The notes beneath the pieces are model-generated. The model was not told where the DNA came from, did not search any database, and worked only from the letters and a program-made list of their open reading frames with translations. A stretch of DNA of 64,000 nt from Octopus vulgaris (lineage: Eukaryota): contig OX597818.1 in assembly GCA_951406725.2 (NCBI GenBank), positions 44,020,001 to 44,084,000 on the forward strand, given 5' to 3'. Positions 51,254 through 64,000 of this stretch are shown piece after piece. A program made the translations under genes and the position numbers. Positions within the stretch are counted from its first letter, which is position 1, and the number at the start of each line of letters is the position of its first letter.

Positions 51254-51471
51254 CCCTTTTGTTACTGTATTTATTTTGAGATGCCCTGTGTTTCTTTCGA
51301 TTACTTTAAATATAACAAAGAATTTAGTAAAATAATTTAGTCATCATTCAGCTAGTGTTAGGAACATAAATTGACTAAGGTTTGGTGGAAGATTTTAATT
51401 CAAAACTTATGAAAACAAGACATTTGTATTCAGAGCCAGAGCCGGTTTCAGCTGGGTTGGTAATGAAAGGG
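51254..51471. mobile_element. piggyBac-like MITE
   Basis: TTAA|cccttttgttac ... gtaatgaaaggg|TTAA. Confidence 0.82.
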
Positions 51472-52116
51472 TTAAGCCTCCAATTTCAGACTTTTTCATT
51501 GACCACAGCAATAATTGTTTCTAATTTAGACACAAAGCCACAAATTTTTAAGGGTAGGGTAGCTGATATCATCAAGTCCAGTTCTTGATTTTATTGACCC
51601 TGAGAGGATAACCAAGACAAGACTTGAAGTTAGATTGTAAAAAGCCAGAACACATGCTGCTAGGTATTTTTCTTGACGCTAATTACTTAATGGTTACTCA
51701 CTCAAATCAAGTTTCTAAATCAGATTTTAAAATAAATGGTTGTTGAAGGGTTTTTAAAATAGTCAACCACTGGAATTAAAGACATCAAAATTGAGCTTTT
51801 GTATAAAGTCACAAAATGAAGTCATACATCATTTGAAGTTTAAAAGGAGCAAAAGTATTTTTGTGAGTTTCCATTAAAACACACACTGAATTAATTTATG
51901 TTATCTCCTTTTAGAATTGGTGTCTTGGAAGAAGCCTGTATTTAAATAGTTACTAACATAAAGTAGTTTGTAGCAAAAGGTCATTAACAAATATTACTAG
52001 TAATTCTAATGAGAAGAAATTCTAATTATAGGAACTTTTATTATTTTTAATGCATATTGCATTTAGCTCTAAAGTAGGTTAGCTTAAATTCCATTTCAAA
52101 AATAGATATAAAATTT

Positions 52117-52295
52117 GTGCTGGTGGCACGTAAAAGGCACCCACTATACTCTTGGAGTGGTTGGCATTAGGAAGGGCATCCAGCTGTAGAAACTCTGCCA
52201 AATCAAGATTGGAGCCTGGTGCAGCCATCTGGTTCGTCAGCCCTCAGTCAAAATCGTCCAACCCATGCTAGCATGGAAAGCGGACGTTAAACGAT
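52117..52295 (+). mobile_element. Family B element (short)
   Basis: Core and (gat)n tail. Confidence 0.85.
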
Positions 52296-53804
52296 GATGA
52301 TAATGATGATGATAACTTTAATTTTATTTGTAGAAAACAATTATTAGATAACCTGATTTTTAGTTAAACTCAGTTTTATGAATTCAATGTACTAGCTCCT
52401 AACAGCTCCTGAATAATGAAACAGAGAGCAACTCTTCATAGAAGCCAGCTTGGTGGTGGTAATAATACTCATGTTTTGACCACTTGAAGAACAAGGTCTT
52501 TATTAAGCCACAATAGTGCCAGTAATATTTGTATACTGACAGGTTGTAATGTTTAGATAGTATCCAGCATTGATTTGCCATTCTTTTTCTAAAGGCTTGA
52601 CAAGGCTGCTAATTAACATATTGTGTATTGCAATGTTATTTCAAGTCTCTCTCTAAACCTTGAATTCATTCTGAATTATAGGTACTGTAAAGGCAACTAT
52701 GAAGTCTACAGTAGAGCAATTTCCACAGACATCTAGCTCTGAGAGCATCCTATGATATTAAATGACGTTGTATTCATAGCAAAAGGAAAATCATTAAATA
52801 CCAATTTATTGCATTCCAAGAGTTTGAAGTGGGTAAACATAAAAAGCAGCTTCAATATTAGGAAGATAAAACATAATGAAGCTTAACGACATAAATTCAT
52901 TTTATTTTTTATTTACAAAAATGATTTTGGGAGAAAATATTATGCTAATTTAACTACACAATTCTTGAAAGGAAAAAAATTCAATTTTGGATCAGGGAGG
53001 ACAGATGTTTCAGATGATGACTTTAGAAATAAATGTATTAATGCTATCTAAAAAAAAAAGGAGAAAAAGACAAAAAAAGTTACCTTTTCAATGCAAATAT
53101 ATCCTCTTTCTCTTTTGTTATAAACCAAGAAAAACCAGCTAAGTAATGCAATAAATGGAAAGAGTTTTTATGTTGCATGCATGGGTAATACTTTTTAAAA
53201 AACTATCTTAATATTGCATGCATTGAACTTATGAAAAAAAAATATCAAAGATGCTGTTAAGAATCTTCATTAAGAAATGAACAAATTCTGAATTCCAGAT
53301 TCTTTTTAACATGTTTTGCAACAACAATTTTATCTGTATTCATTACTATTACAGTAAGCTTTAACTATCACAGAAACTATATTTTACCATTTTACACATG
53401 GCAACTAGAAACCATTTCAAAGAATCTCTTCATGGTTTGATTTTCATTATATACTCAAACATGTAATCCTGTGCTATCAGCAATTTTTTTTTTTATCCAA
53501 TGAAATAATAACTTCAGCTTTATTAAAATTTCTCTGTTCTAGTTTGCTGGCATAACTTACTTTCAGTAGGTGACTATCTTTTATTCAACAGTCAACAAAA
53601 TTAGGTTGGATCGATGATACAAAAATCATGACAATAGTGTTGATACATTCAATTATGGTTGCAGTTAAGAACAAATTTGAGCATATGATGGTTATGGGGT
53701 TGTCTGTGACTGATTGACTCCACCTGTAACTTTACTGCATAATACAGAGTAGACATTTCCCTGCTGTTTTCTTCTTTTTGTTTTAGTATATATTCTATCC
53801 AAAT

Positions 53805-54197
53805 ATTCTTTTCTACTCTAGGCACAAAGCCCAAAATTTTTGGGGAGGGGGCCAATCGATTAGATTGGCTCCAGTACATAACTGGTACTTAATTTATCAA
53901 CCCAGAGAGGATGAAAGGCAAAGTTGACCTTGGCGGAATTTAAACTCAGAATACAAAGATGAAATACCTATTTCTTTACTACCCACAAGGGGCTAAACGC
54001 AGAGAGGACAAACACGGACAAATGGATTAAGTCGATTATATCAACCCCAGTGCGTAACTGGTACTTTATTTAATCGACCCTGAAAGGATGAAAGGCAAAG
54101 TTGACCTCGGCAGAATTTGAATTCAGAATGTAACGGCAGACGAAATATGGCTACGCATTTCGCCCAACATGCTAATGTTTCTGCCAGCTCGCTGCCT
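53805..54197 (-). mobile_element. SINE family C, two-unit composite
   Basis: Minus-strand junction gtagtaaagaaata|ggtatttcatc; unit 2 ends ccccctcccaaaaattttgggctttgtgcctagagtagaaaag. Confidence 0.85.
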
Positions 54198-55132
54198 TAT
54201 TCTATTCAAATATTAACAAGACCAGCAACTTTTCAAAGATTCCTTATGTCTTCAAAAACTTGGGTATTTTAATAACACCAAGTGCACCTCTTGAAAAGAA
54301 AAGAAATTCTGGACTCTGGCACTCTCAATACAAACCATGATACTAAACAGTTTCTTCATAGCATTAGCGACAAACTATGAATCAGCTTTCTAGTACTTCA
54401 GCATTGTTAATGAAGTTTTGTTGTTGGATCTGTGACAACTTTTGTAAATATTTCTTTGAAAACTAAACAGCTTTCTCTCAGTTTTTTTTTTTTTTTTTAT
54501 TGATTTGGTCATTAAGTTTTGCCAACCTACATGTGGACCAAATATACACTGAATTTGAAAAGTTGGGTTTTGTTCTCTCACTGATAAATTTTATGCTATT
54601 TCATTTCCATATGGCAACAGTTGTAATAAAATATCTCTCTAATAATCTTGTCTACATGGAGAATATTACATGTAAAATGAAAATTGATAATACAATCTAT
54701 TGAAATACACACTAGTTTGGAAGCTTGTATCAAACAATGTGATTTGTACAAAAAAAGTGGTGAATTAATAATCTATTCTTGAAAAAAACAGAAAGAGCTA
54801 TACTACTATAATTGATTATACATTCACTGTTTTTTTCCCATCATGGAAGAGATCTGTAGTATAAATAACAGCTCTTCAGTAATCATTTGTCAATTCTTTT
54901 GTCCGTTCACATCAACCCACTTTTTGCAGGGTGGGGGAGCATCTACAATAAGCAACTACAGTCCAGAACATTTTTATATTATCCAGTACCCATCAAACAT
55001 TCTCAATTCTTTTTCTATGTTCAGCATAACTATCACAAATACTCATATTACTGGTAATGAATACGTTCAATATGTTCTATACCTGAATGTGACTTCATTT
55101 CATATATTCTCAATGCTGTGTATTATGTTGGT

Positions 55133-55534
55133 GGATCTTTTCGGTTTGAACGGCAGTTTTTTAAAATAATTTCCACGTAACTACATACTTTTAAACTTTG
55201 TATACTGGTGGAATGTGTTTATAAAACATCTTTTTCTCTTGGCTTTATTGAGAAAATTCTATAGTTTGTAAGATATTTGTTGTTTTTTTCTTCAATTTCT
55301 GCAATTTCAACCAATCAATGATGTCTATTGAGGTGAAAACATTCTGTGCCGTATGAATATGTCCCTCGTTTAAGAAACAGATTGGGTTTATTTACATTTG
55401 TGAAGAAAAAAAGATACCCTTCCCCTAACCCTAACCCAGATTGAAATGCAATAGATCGATACTAGGGTCATAATTATGGGTGACAATTTCTATGACACTG
55501 CTAGAAAAAACTGCCGTTCAAACCGAAAAGATCC
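55133..55534. mobile_element. MITE with perfect ~29-bp TIRs and a 6-bp TSD, superfamily unassigned
   Basis: TIR ggatcttttcggtttgaacggcagttttt / aaaaactgccgttcaaaccgaaaagatcc; TSD gttggt at 55127-55132 and 55535-55540; internal (ccctaa)2. Confidence 0.9.
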
Positions 55535-57933
55535 GTTGGTTTGTCAGAAAAAGCCAAATGAATTGCAGATACATTGAATTAATTATAGGTCACAATACCT
55601 ATCTATTGAAAGCTGTGTCTTTACTACGCACAAAGTGTCTTGATCTTGCTCTGACGACAGATAGATACATATGTATAATCACTTTTAAAAAATTGTTTGC
55701 ACAAATAGTGAAGACTTTTGTCATACCGACTCACAGAAGAAAATTGGAAAGGATGATTAGTTGCAAGCAACTGGGCTTTTTTGTTTAGGACAACAGCATC
55801 TCAAAGCATTTTTGCATAAAGTAATAACAATCATTACAGCTTCCTTATTAATGTGAATATGTGACATTTATAATAAGATTTGTAGTTTTCAAGACATTAT
55901 ACAAAACTTCATTGATGTAGTTTTTCCATTCTTAAGTTATTGATTTTCTTCCCTTTTCAAACTGCTATAGAATAATTTTCTATTGTGGCTTGATTTTTTT
56001 TTAAATTTTAAGACCTATTATTAGATAAAGAAATTTCTGTTAAATAAAATTAAGATGAATTCATTTTCATATGTTTTCTTTTTACAAATAGTAAATTCCA
56101 TTCTCCTTGTATCAAATTTTAAGTCAATGATTTTCCTATATAAATATGGCAATAGAATAGGACTAGGGGTAAATGTAATTGCAGTAAATGTTATGATAGT
56201 TTTGGAATAAATGTGGCTTTTTAAAAAGCATGATGACTGAAGGGTAAATGTAACAATATAAATTAGCATGATCATTACAGCTATATGAAGTTTTAGGAAG
56301 CACTCTGAAGATTAATTACGGGTACACGAGTTTGTAGAGCATATTATGATTAAAAAGGCTGTCTGGGGTAGCAGAAAATTACATAATGATAATGAGTTGT
56401 GGTAGCATGGGAATAATTAGAAAGTAATATGATCTGAGGTGGGCAAAGGTGTGATTGTAGAAACTAAAATGGCAATTTAGGGATAATGATGGTTAGAATA
56501 ATGATCTAATAATGATGCATTAAGATAATGCTTACAACATAATATAGTCTTAAAACGCAATTTAATCTGTTAATTCTCACTGCTTCAGTGAGAATTTAAC
56601 AGTAGTGTTGAATTGAATACCTTAAAGTATTCTGTTTTACCCTTTAATAATTCTGAATTCAAATCCTTCCAGGATCAATACTACTTTTTAACTCTGGACT
56701 CAAGAACTGCAAATATAGTGAAGCAGATTCAATCTATACACCTTCTACATAATTGGTCTTATAAAGAAAAAATAAAGTTATATATTTATATGAAGCTGCA
56801 TTAATCTGTAAATACTAGACATGTTAAACATTAATTATAAATATCCTGCATTTGAAGCTTTAATTTTATTGGCCAAATCAGAAATATCTTCCAATTAGAG
56901 AAGAAAAAAAAAAAAAAAAATCAAAATTAAATTTCAAAAAATATTTGGTTACATGTTTAGTTAATTTCAAAATCACATAAAATTCTTAGATTATTAGGTT
57001 TGCCAACTTTAGATCAAAGATATTACAAACAGAATATCCAACACATCTGCAAAAATACTTATATTTTCTCTTGGTAGATGGTAAAGCAACTATAGTCTCT
57101 TAAAAGAACTGCATACTTTTTTTATTAAAATATTTTCTTAACTGAAAGTGAATATTGCAGTTCAAGTAATCTTTCTCTGGCTCAAAATGAATCAAATTCT
57201 CATTTATACATAAACATCTTTCTTTCTTTTTTTTTTGTTTTTCTGAATTACATTATTAAACCAGGAAATAAATTTGTTTGTAACTAGTTTTTGACATTTT
57301 ATATTTGTAACTGATGAGTTACTTGATCTGAGACTGAGTGAAAACTGAAGCACTTACATCATGGAATTACCATTTTAGTCATTTGAGATCATACAAACAC
57401 TGTTATAATTCATCTTTTGTCTATTTCGTGTGACATCAAAATGTTTCTTGTATCTCTGAATCCTGGTCACTGACATAGCTTCACTGGAACTGTTGAAAAT
57501 TAGTTACTAGCAAGTTTTTATAGTCCTCAGAAATACAAGCCTACCAGAAAGAGAAAAAATACTCCAGGATTACATAATGCGAGTTAACAATGAAATTAAA
57601 AGGGAACTGAGAGTAGTGAGCTTTCTCAAAGAAGAAGCCAAGTCAGTGACTTGGTTCTCAGAATTTGTTGTTCTTTAGCCCTGATTAAACAGATCTATGA
57701 TTGAACATTCTAGGTATGTCCAGGCTATCCTCTGTTCTTTCTATGTACAACACATCCATGACATTGTCTAATATGTCTATGATGATAAAACTGTTATTAA
57801 ATCTTTTAACATGGGCTGCTATTAGTCACTTTTAGGTTCAATTCTTCTTTAATAGGTGCCCATGTCAAATGATCAAATAGCTATACTGAGATCTATATGC
57901 TGAAGATTAAAAAAAAAGAAGACAAAAGCTCAT

Positions 57934-58303
57934 AGGCACAGGAGTGGCTGTGTGGTAAGTAGCTTGCTTACCAACTACATGGTTCTGGGTTCAGTCTCAC
58001 TGCGTGGCACCTTGGGCAAGTATCTTCTACTATAGCCTCGGGCCGACCAAAGTCTTGTGAATGGATTTAGTAGACGGAAACTGTGTATCTGTTTGTGTCT
58101 CTGTGTTTGTCACCCCAACATCACTTGACAATTGATGCTAGTGTGTTTATACGTCCCCATAACTTAGCGGTTTGGCAAAAGAGACCAATAGAATAAGTAC
58201 TAGGCTTCCAAAAAATAAGTCTTGGGATCGATTTGCTCGACTAAAGGCAGTGCTCCAGCATGACCACAGTCAAATGACTGAAATAAGTAAAAGAGTAAAA
58301 GAG
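57934..58303 (+). mobile_element. SINE family A
   Basis: Full head and tail, with an internal deletion. Confidence 0.87.
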
Positions 58304-60589
58304 GCTATAAAATCTCATGAGTAGCTAATTTTCCACAGCAACAATGGAACTGGGTCAGTGATCAGGTCATAGAGGTGTGACCAAAATTCTGACATCTCAA
58401 GAAAAAAAAAGAATATAAAGTGGATATAACAGCAAAAAATGTCTCTTCCATGATGTAACTGGTATAGTTTGATAGTCTACAAAATAAAGAACTATGCTAA
58501 TGGAAACAAACATTCTTTTTATATTTGGAAAGAATTTCATAAAATAGCAGAAATAATTTACTCATTTCACTAAACATAATGACGATAAACAAGAGTAATG
58601 AATAAGTTAGCGAGCTATTATTTATTTGCTTTATATGACAATTTTGGCAAAAGAAAGTAGTGGATTGTGAGGTTACTTCCTTACACTTTTGTAATAAATA
58701 TATGGATGTTTTAAATGATTTATATTTCTATGATTAATTAACCTGGATTTAATTTTTGCTGTGAGAGCTGTTAGTCCAGTTTACACCAAAGAATGTATTG
58801 TAATTTTACCAAAAGAAAATATTATGATTAAAGCTAAGAGTTCTATAGTTTCCTGCCAACATTTTCATTAACGATTCATAGCTACTCTTAAGATAGTTTC
58901 AATATAATTATTAGTATTATTATTATTATTAAAATAATATTTTTCCTAACCACGATGTAATTATGACGTAATCACATGAGTTGGGAACTTGAATATTTTC
59001 TTAATTTTTTGAAATTTATTTGCAATTACCAGCAGTGTATCAGCATGGCCACAGCTCTGAGCTGAAACTTAAAGAAAAAAAAAAATTACCATATGAGGCT
59101 TAAGTGAGTGTTACTTCCAACCCTACACTTGCTTTAGTTTCACATATTCTTCACCAAATTCAAGAAAAAGCAATTTTACTGATTAGTAAAACTTTTTCCA
59201 TTGGTACTCACTAATTTCTAATTCTTTAAGAAACTGCACCTCCTCCATTATTCTATTAAGGCCACCACTCCTTTAATTAAATTAACTAGCAAATCACTTC
59301 ATTGTATTTATTCCAGATAGTATCAATCTTTTCCCAAAAAGTAAGCTCAGTTCTTCTTCCTGCTAATTATTCATATGTGGTTACTGTTATTTTAAATACT
59401 CAGCTCTACTAAAGCAACACTAACAATACTTAAAACATAATAGGATGCAGCAATCTCAAAACACAAACTGTCAATGATTCTTGCTTTCCGGGAAAGCAAA
59501 CCAGCAGCAGCACCACACCGAGTTTCCAAGTACTAGTTACAATATTACAACTATATTAAAAAACAAAAAGCATCCAAACCTATCGATGTGGTTCATTACA
59601 ACTTAGCAAACAAACTGATTTTTATGAGATGACAAAGAGAACATGGCCATAATGGTAGTCAAGAAGTAACACATGATGAACGAAACTAAGAATTTGATGT
59701 AGAGATTAGCCAGGAAATAGTGATTAAGGCTATAATCAGAAAAACTGGAAGACCCCATGAGATTAGTAGCTCATATGTTGAATGCAACAGAATGGGTTGG
59801 CATAGTACCAGTTACATGTTTCTGAAACCAAACTGAGAAAGAGAAGATAACATTTGCAGTAGAACTACTATTAAAAGCTACAAAACAATGTACTAGAGAG
59901 AACTAGAGAACTTATCAATAGATAAAGCAATGAAGGTGTTAATGTGAATCATAACAAACAGCACAGGTTGAAGCAGAGACAATTAGCAGTTTACATTTCT
60001 CTAAGGATTTCCACAACATATTTTTTCTGATAAAGCAAAAAACATGAAAAGCACAAATAAATCTACTATGCAATTGCTGACCTACAGAACTTAACAGTAT
60101 CCTATTTTTCTGTACTAAAGTGAGAAATGAACATTCTAGATGTAGGTGCATAGTTTAAGAAATAATTCAGACTATGAGGAAACTAATAACAGAGAATAGA
60201 TAACGAAAACACTGAGTCATGAGTTTGAAGCACAGAAAGACATAGACAATGTTTCGGTTATCAAGCCCATCCTCTTCAGTTTATGACCTCAAAGTGACTT
60301 GATCTCTTAATTCAAAGAAACAAGTAATTAATCATAGAAGCTTATGAAGTTAAAAGCTCCAGAGAAAATTTCACGCTCTGTAAACAAGATTAAGTAATAA
60401 ATCACAGTTATGACCTCAGTTCACAAATAGTCAAATTGTATTTTATATAGATTATTACAAACTAAAATTTTCATTTACCATATCAACATTTAATGAACAG
60501 TGTAAAAAACAAAATAAAAAAAACCCCAAAAAAACAAAGACTGGCTACTTCTCAGGATGACCTGTTGGAAGTAGGAAATTAGGGCAATA

Positions 60590-61806
60590 TGAGGTCTGAT
60601 CAATAAGTATCAGGACTGTTGCCATAGTAACAAAGCTAAAGCACGCAGAGTGTAGCCACTAGGCAAAGATTGACTTTGAACTCTGCTGTGCATGTGCACT
60701 AAGTTTTAACATTCTAGCTCATTTCTGCTGCTTATAGCAGTGCTTGGAAGGAAGGTGTGTAGTGTGTGATCATCACATTGACCATGACAGAGAAAGTTGA
60801 GCAGAGAATCTGCATCAAATTTTGCCCAAAGCTTCATGGTATCTGCTCAGAGGCCTACACAAAGTTGCAGAAAGTATATGGAGAGGAGTAGCCAGGAAAT
60901 AGTGATTAAGGCTATAATCAGACGTTTCCAAGATGGGAGACCTGCAACCAGCAGAACTGAGAAAAACATCACAGATGTGAATGCAGCTGTGAGGGGAAAA
61001 ATCATCGAATCACCGTCTGTGAGTTATTAGATGATGTGCAGATTGATTACAGTTCAAGTTCAGACCATTATCACTGAAGATCTGGGTATGAGACAACTGT
61101 CTGCCAAGTTTGTGCCAAAACTACTTTCAGCTAATCAAAAAGACACTTGAGTCACAGTTGTACAAGATCTCCTTGACTGTGTCAAGAGGGATGGAAATTT
61201 TTTGAAAATGATCATAACAGGTGATGAATCGTGGGTCTATGGCTATGACCCTGAAACAAAGGTTCAGTCTTTCCAGTGGAAACCCCAACCTCTCTGAGAC
61301 CAAAGAAAGCACAAATGAGTTGAAACAATGTGAAGACACTGTTGACTGTTATCTTCGACTACAAGGGGATTATTCATCATGAGTATGCTCCAGCTGGTCA
61401 GACAGTAAACAAGGAGTACTATTGTGATGTTTTGTGGTATTTGCAGAATGCTATTCATCAGAAAAGCCACAATTGCATGCATCCGATAAGTGGCAGTTGC
61501 ACCATAATGCACCTGCCTATTCAGCACAGCTTGTGCAGCAGTTTTTGGCTAGGCACAGCATTCTCCAGGTCTAACAGCCACCGTATTCCCTAGATCTCAT
61601 CCCTTGTAACTTTTCCTCTTTCCAAAAATTAAATCATGCTTGAAAGGAAGAAGATTTCAGGATATCAAGGAAATCAAAGTGACTGATGAGGCAGCTGCTG
61701 ATTATCCCTGAAAATGAGTTTCAGGAATGCTTCCATCAATGGAAACAGCACTGGATTAAGTGTGTGGCTTCCAAAGGGGAATACTTTGCAGGAGATTAAA
61801 TGCCAA
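60590..61806 (+). mobile_element. Decayed mariner (Tc1/mariner, DD34D-type) transposon; transposase pseudogene ~60784-61799
   Basis: TA followed by left TIR tgaggtctgatcaataagtatcaggact. Motifs MTEKVEQRICIKF, SAKFVPKLLS, IITGDESWVYGYDPETK, HH.NAPA, PPYS.DL.PCNF and KGEYF.GD*. Frameshifted; right TIR not found. Confidence 0.9.
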
Positions 61807-62132
61807 GTGGAGGTGCAATTACCCAGTGGTTAGGGCAGCGGACCTGCAGTCGGAGGATCGCGATTTCGATTCCCAGACCGGGTGTTGTGTGTGTTTATTG
61901 AGCGAAAACACCTAAAGCTCCACGAGGCTCTGGCAGGGGGTGGTGGTGACCCCTGTTGTACTCTTTCGCTCCAACTTTCTCTCACTCTCTCTTCCTGTTT
62001 CTTGAGTAATGCTGCGATGGACTGGCATCCCGTCCAGCTGGGGGGAACACATACGCCACAGAAACCGGGAAACCGGGCCCATGGGCCTGGCTAGGCTTGA
62101 AAAAGGACACATAAATAAATAAATAAATAAAT
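61807..62132 (+). mobile_element. tRNA-derived SINE (family E) with (TAAA)n tail, inserted at the mariner 3' end
   Basis: Head cccagtggttagggcagcggac..ttcgattccc, V-domain-like gcgatggactggcatcccgtccag, TSD aaatgccaa on both sides. Confidence 0.85.
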
Positions 62133-63194
62133 AAATGCCAAATTAGTGATAAGGAAACCACAAAAAATAAGAAAAAAAAACGCAAAAGAGCTTAACCCAG
62201 TGGACATTGTACTCAATTTTGTTGGTTTGAAATTATTTTCATATGACCTTCATGTACTTGGATACACAAAAGGTACAATAATAAACCCCTATAGAGCTTG
62301 ATGGTAATGTAAATGTTACCTAAACTTTACTTGGAAGCTGATCCAAGATTCCCTCTAATAATGAAGCAAGTAGTAACCCATTTATGCTAGATGTGATTTC
62401 ACAGGAAATTAAGAGTTTTACAGATTGTGGTTATTGACAAGTGCAAAACACACACATATATTAAGATAAGAATTGCAGGGGTGGGTGGGGGATAGTATAT
62501 TCTTACAGCTCAATAACATCTGCAGGTTCAGAGAAATATAATCTTACACAATGATTAAGCTGTTCAGCTCTCAAGTTAAAGTGATTGTTGTATGGGGCAA
62601 GAAGCTTCAGAGATAATGCTGCCACCACTGCTGTTGCTTAGAAAGTGCAGTCATTCACTAACAGATGACTCAAAAAAATTCCTCCAAATCCACTGCCCAG
62701 ATTCTATAAGCAGAGAACAGAAATTCCCCAGAAAGGATCTGGAGCGGGAATGGATACACACTACAGAAATATTCCATTGCCTGAACTTGATAAACTCCAA
62801 AACAGGAAGGAAACAAAAAAAAAAAAAAAAAAAGTAACATGTGGTTAAAAAAGATAGTAACAGTAAGCAGAGACAGAGGTGGGAACAGTCAGAGGAGATG
62901 GCCCAGGATTGAAAGCTTCACATGCTGCCACTGGTAGTTAATGCTCTACCAGAGGTGATACACAATCAGATGGTGAATAGCCTCTCCACCCTACCTTCTC
63001 CTTGCAGTTAATCTAATAAACTTGTTTAAGACCACTTCTGGTAATATACAACAACTTCTATTAGCATGCCAATTTTTCCATTAACCTTTGGTCATCAATA
63101 ATAAATAGGCTAAATATTTCAATAATGAATGAAACACTTTAAAAAGTTAAACTCTGTAATGTAGAGTACAATGTAACAGGTCCATAATAAATAA

Positions 63195-63660
63195 TTGTAA
63201 TTTCAGCACAAAGCCAGCGATTTTGAGGGGAGAGATAAATTAGTGATATTGGCCGCAATGCTCAGTTGGTACTTATTCTAACAACCCTGAAAGTCGTTCA
63301 TCATCGTTTAGCGTCCGCTTTCCATGCTGGCATGGGTTGGACGGTTCAACTGGGGTCTGGGAAGCCAGAAGGCTGCACCAGGCCCAGTCTGATCTGGCAA
63401 TGTTTCTACGGCTGGATGCCCTTCCTAACGCCAACCACTCTAAGAGTGTAGTGGGTGCTTTTTACGTGCCACCAGCACAGGTGCCAGACGAGGCTGGCAA
63501 ACGGCCACGATCGGATGGTGCTTTTTACGTGCCACCGGCACAGAGGCCAGATGAAAGGTAAAAAAGTTGACCTCAGCAGCGTTTGAACTCAACTCAAAGA
63601 GCTGGAAGAAATACTGCTACGCATTTTTTCCAGCGGAGTAATGATTCTGCCAACTCATCA
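63195..63660 (-). mobile_element. Old SINE family C with a nested family B element (63297-63552, minus)
   Basis: The family C body tggtacttatt..ccctgaaag is split and resumes at tgaaaggtaaaaaagttgacctc. Confidence 0.78.
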
Positions 63661-64000
63661 TCATTTATTATAAATAATAACTAGAAATAGGCAGCAGTAT
63701 AATTGTGTGATTAAGACATTTACTCCACAATTCTTGGCTCTAAGTTCGATCATTGAGTGGGACTTTGGGCAAAGTGTCAACGACTGCAGTTTTGAATTGA
63801 CAAATACCTTATTAGTGGAATGAAGTAGATAAAAATTGAACAAAAGCTCAGTGTGTGTGTATTCCAGGTGATCATTCTTACCCTCACTTCTAAGTATGAG
63901 TAGCCATGTAGCTCCTCTGCAAGAAAGAACCTGCTCTGGCCTCTTTCCTCATACTTTAACCTCTCATCTATTTGCATAAAACTGACAAGCCGCTCCACTC

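Noticed and set aside
57305-57350. CTGATGA..GAAA hammerhead-like boxes (also at 61683)
   Set aside because: Stems do not form properly; the 61683 case lies in the transposase coding remnant.
58960-58975. atgacgtaat CRE/PAR-bZIP-like site
   Set aside because: A single short motif with no promoter context.

Overview
AT-rich, repeat-dense eukaryotic genomic DNA. The SINE families and microsatellite load point to a cephalopod, most likely Octopus; this is recognition from memory, not a database result. The only well-supported protein-coding gene is a MINDY1/2 (FAM63)-family deubiquitinase on the minus strand. One large exon (acceptor at 2795, donor at 1711) encodes a ~275-aa low-complexity N-terminus plus the catalytic QNENGPCPLLAIMN motif; a second exon (100 to <1) runs off the window. 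The other ~61 kb is intron or upstream DNA. It holds at least four tRNA-type SINE families, many 5'-truncated copies of an RTE-type LINE with a tandem-hairpin 3' UTR, CR1/L2-group LINE fragments, non-autonomous Helitrons, hAT- and piggyBac-like MITEs, an unclassified 6-bp-TSD MITE, a decayed mariner, and Penelope-like fragments with minimal hammerhead ribozyme motifs. Most short ORFs in the track are chance frames in repeats. I found no new multi-gene system. The most interesting signals concern mobile RNA structure: a TSD-flanked fold-back element with two opposed hammerheads, a SINE/LINE pair sharing a covarying 3' stem-loop, a Helitron-CR1 chimera, and a 34-bp templated insertion in the mariner. 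Repeat boundaries were read by eye and are approximate unless a TSD or TIR is quoted.
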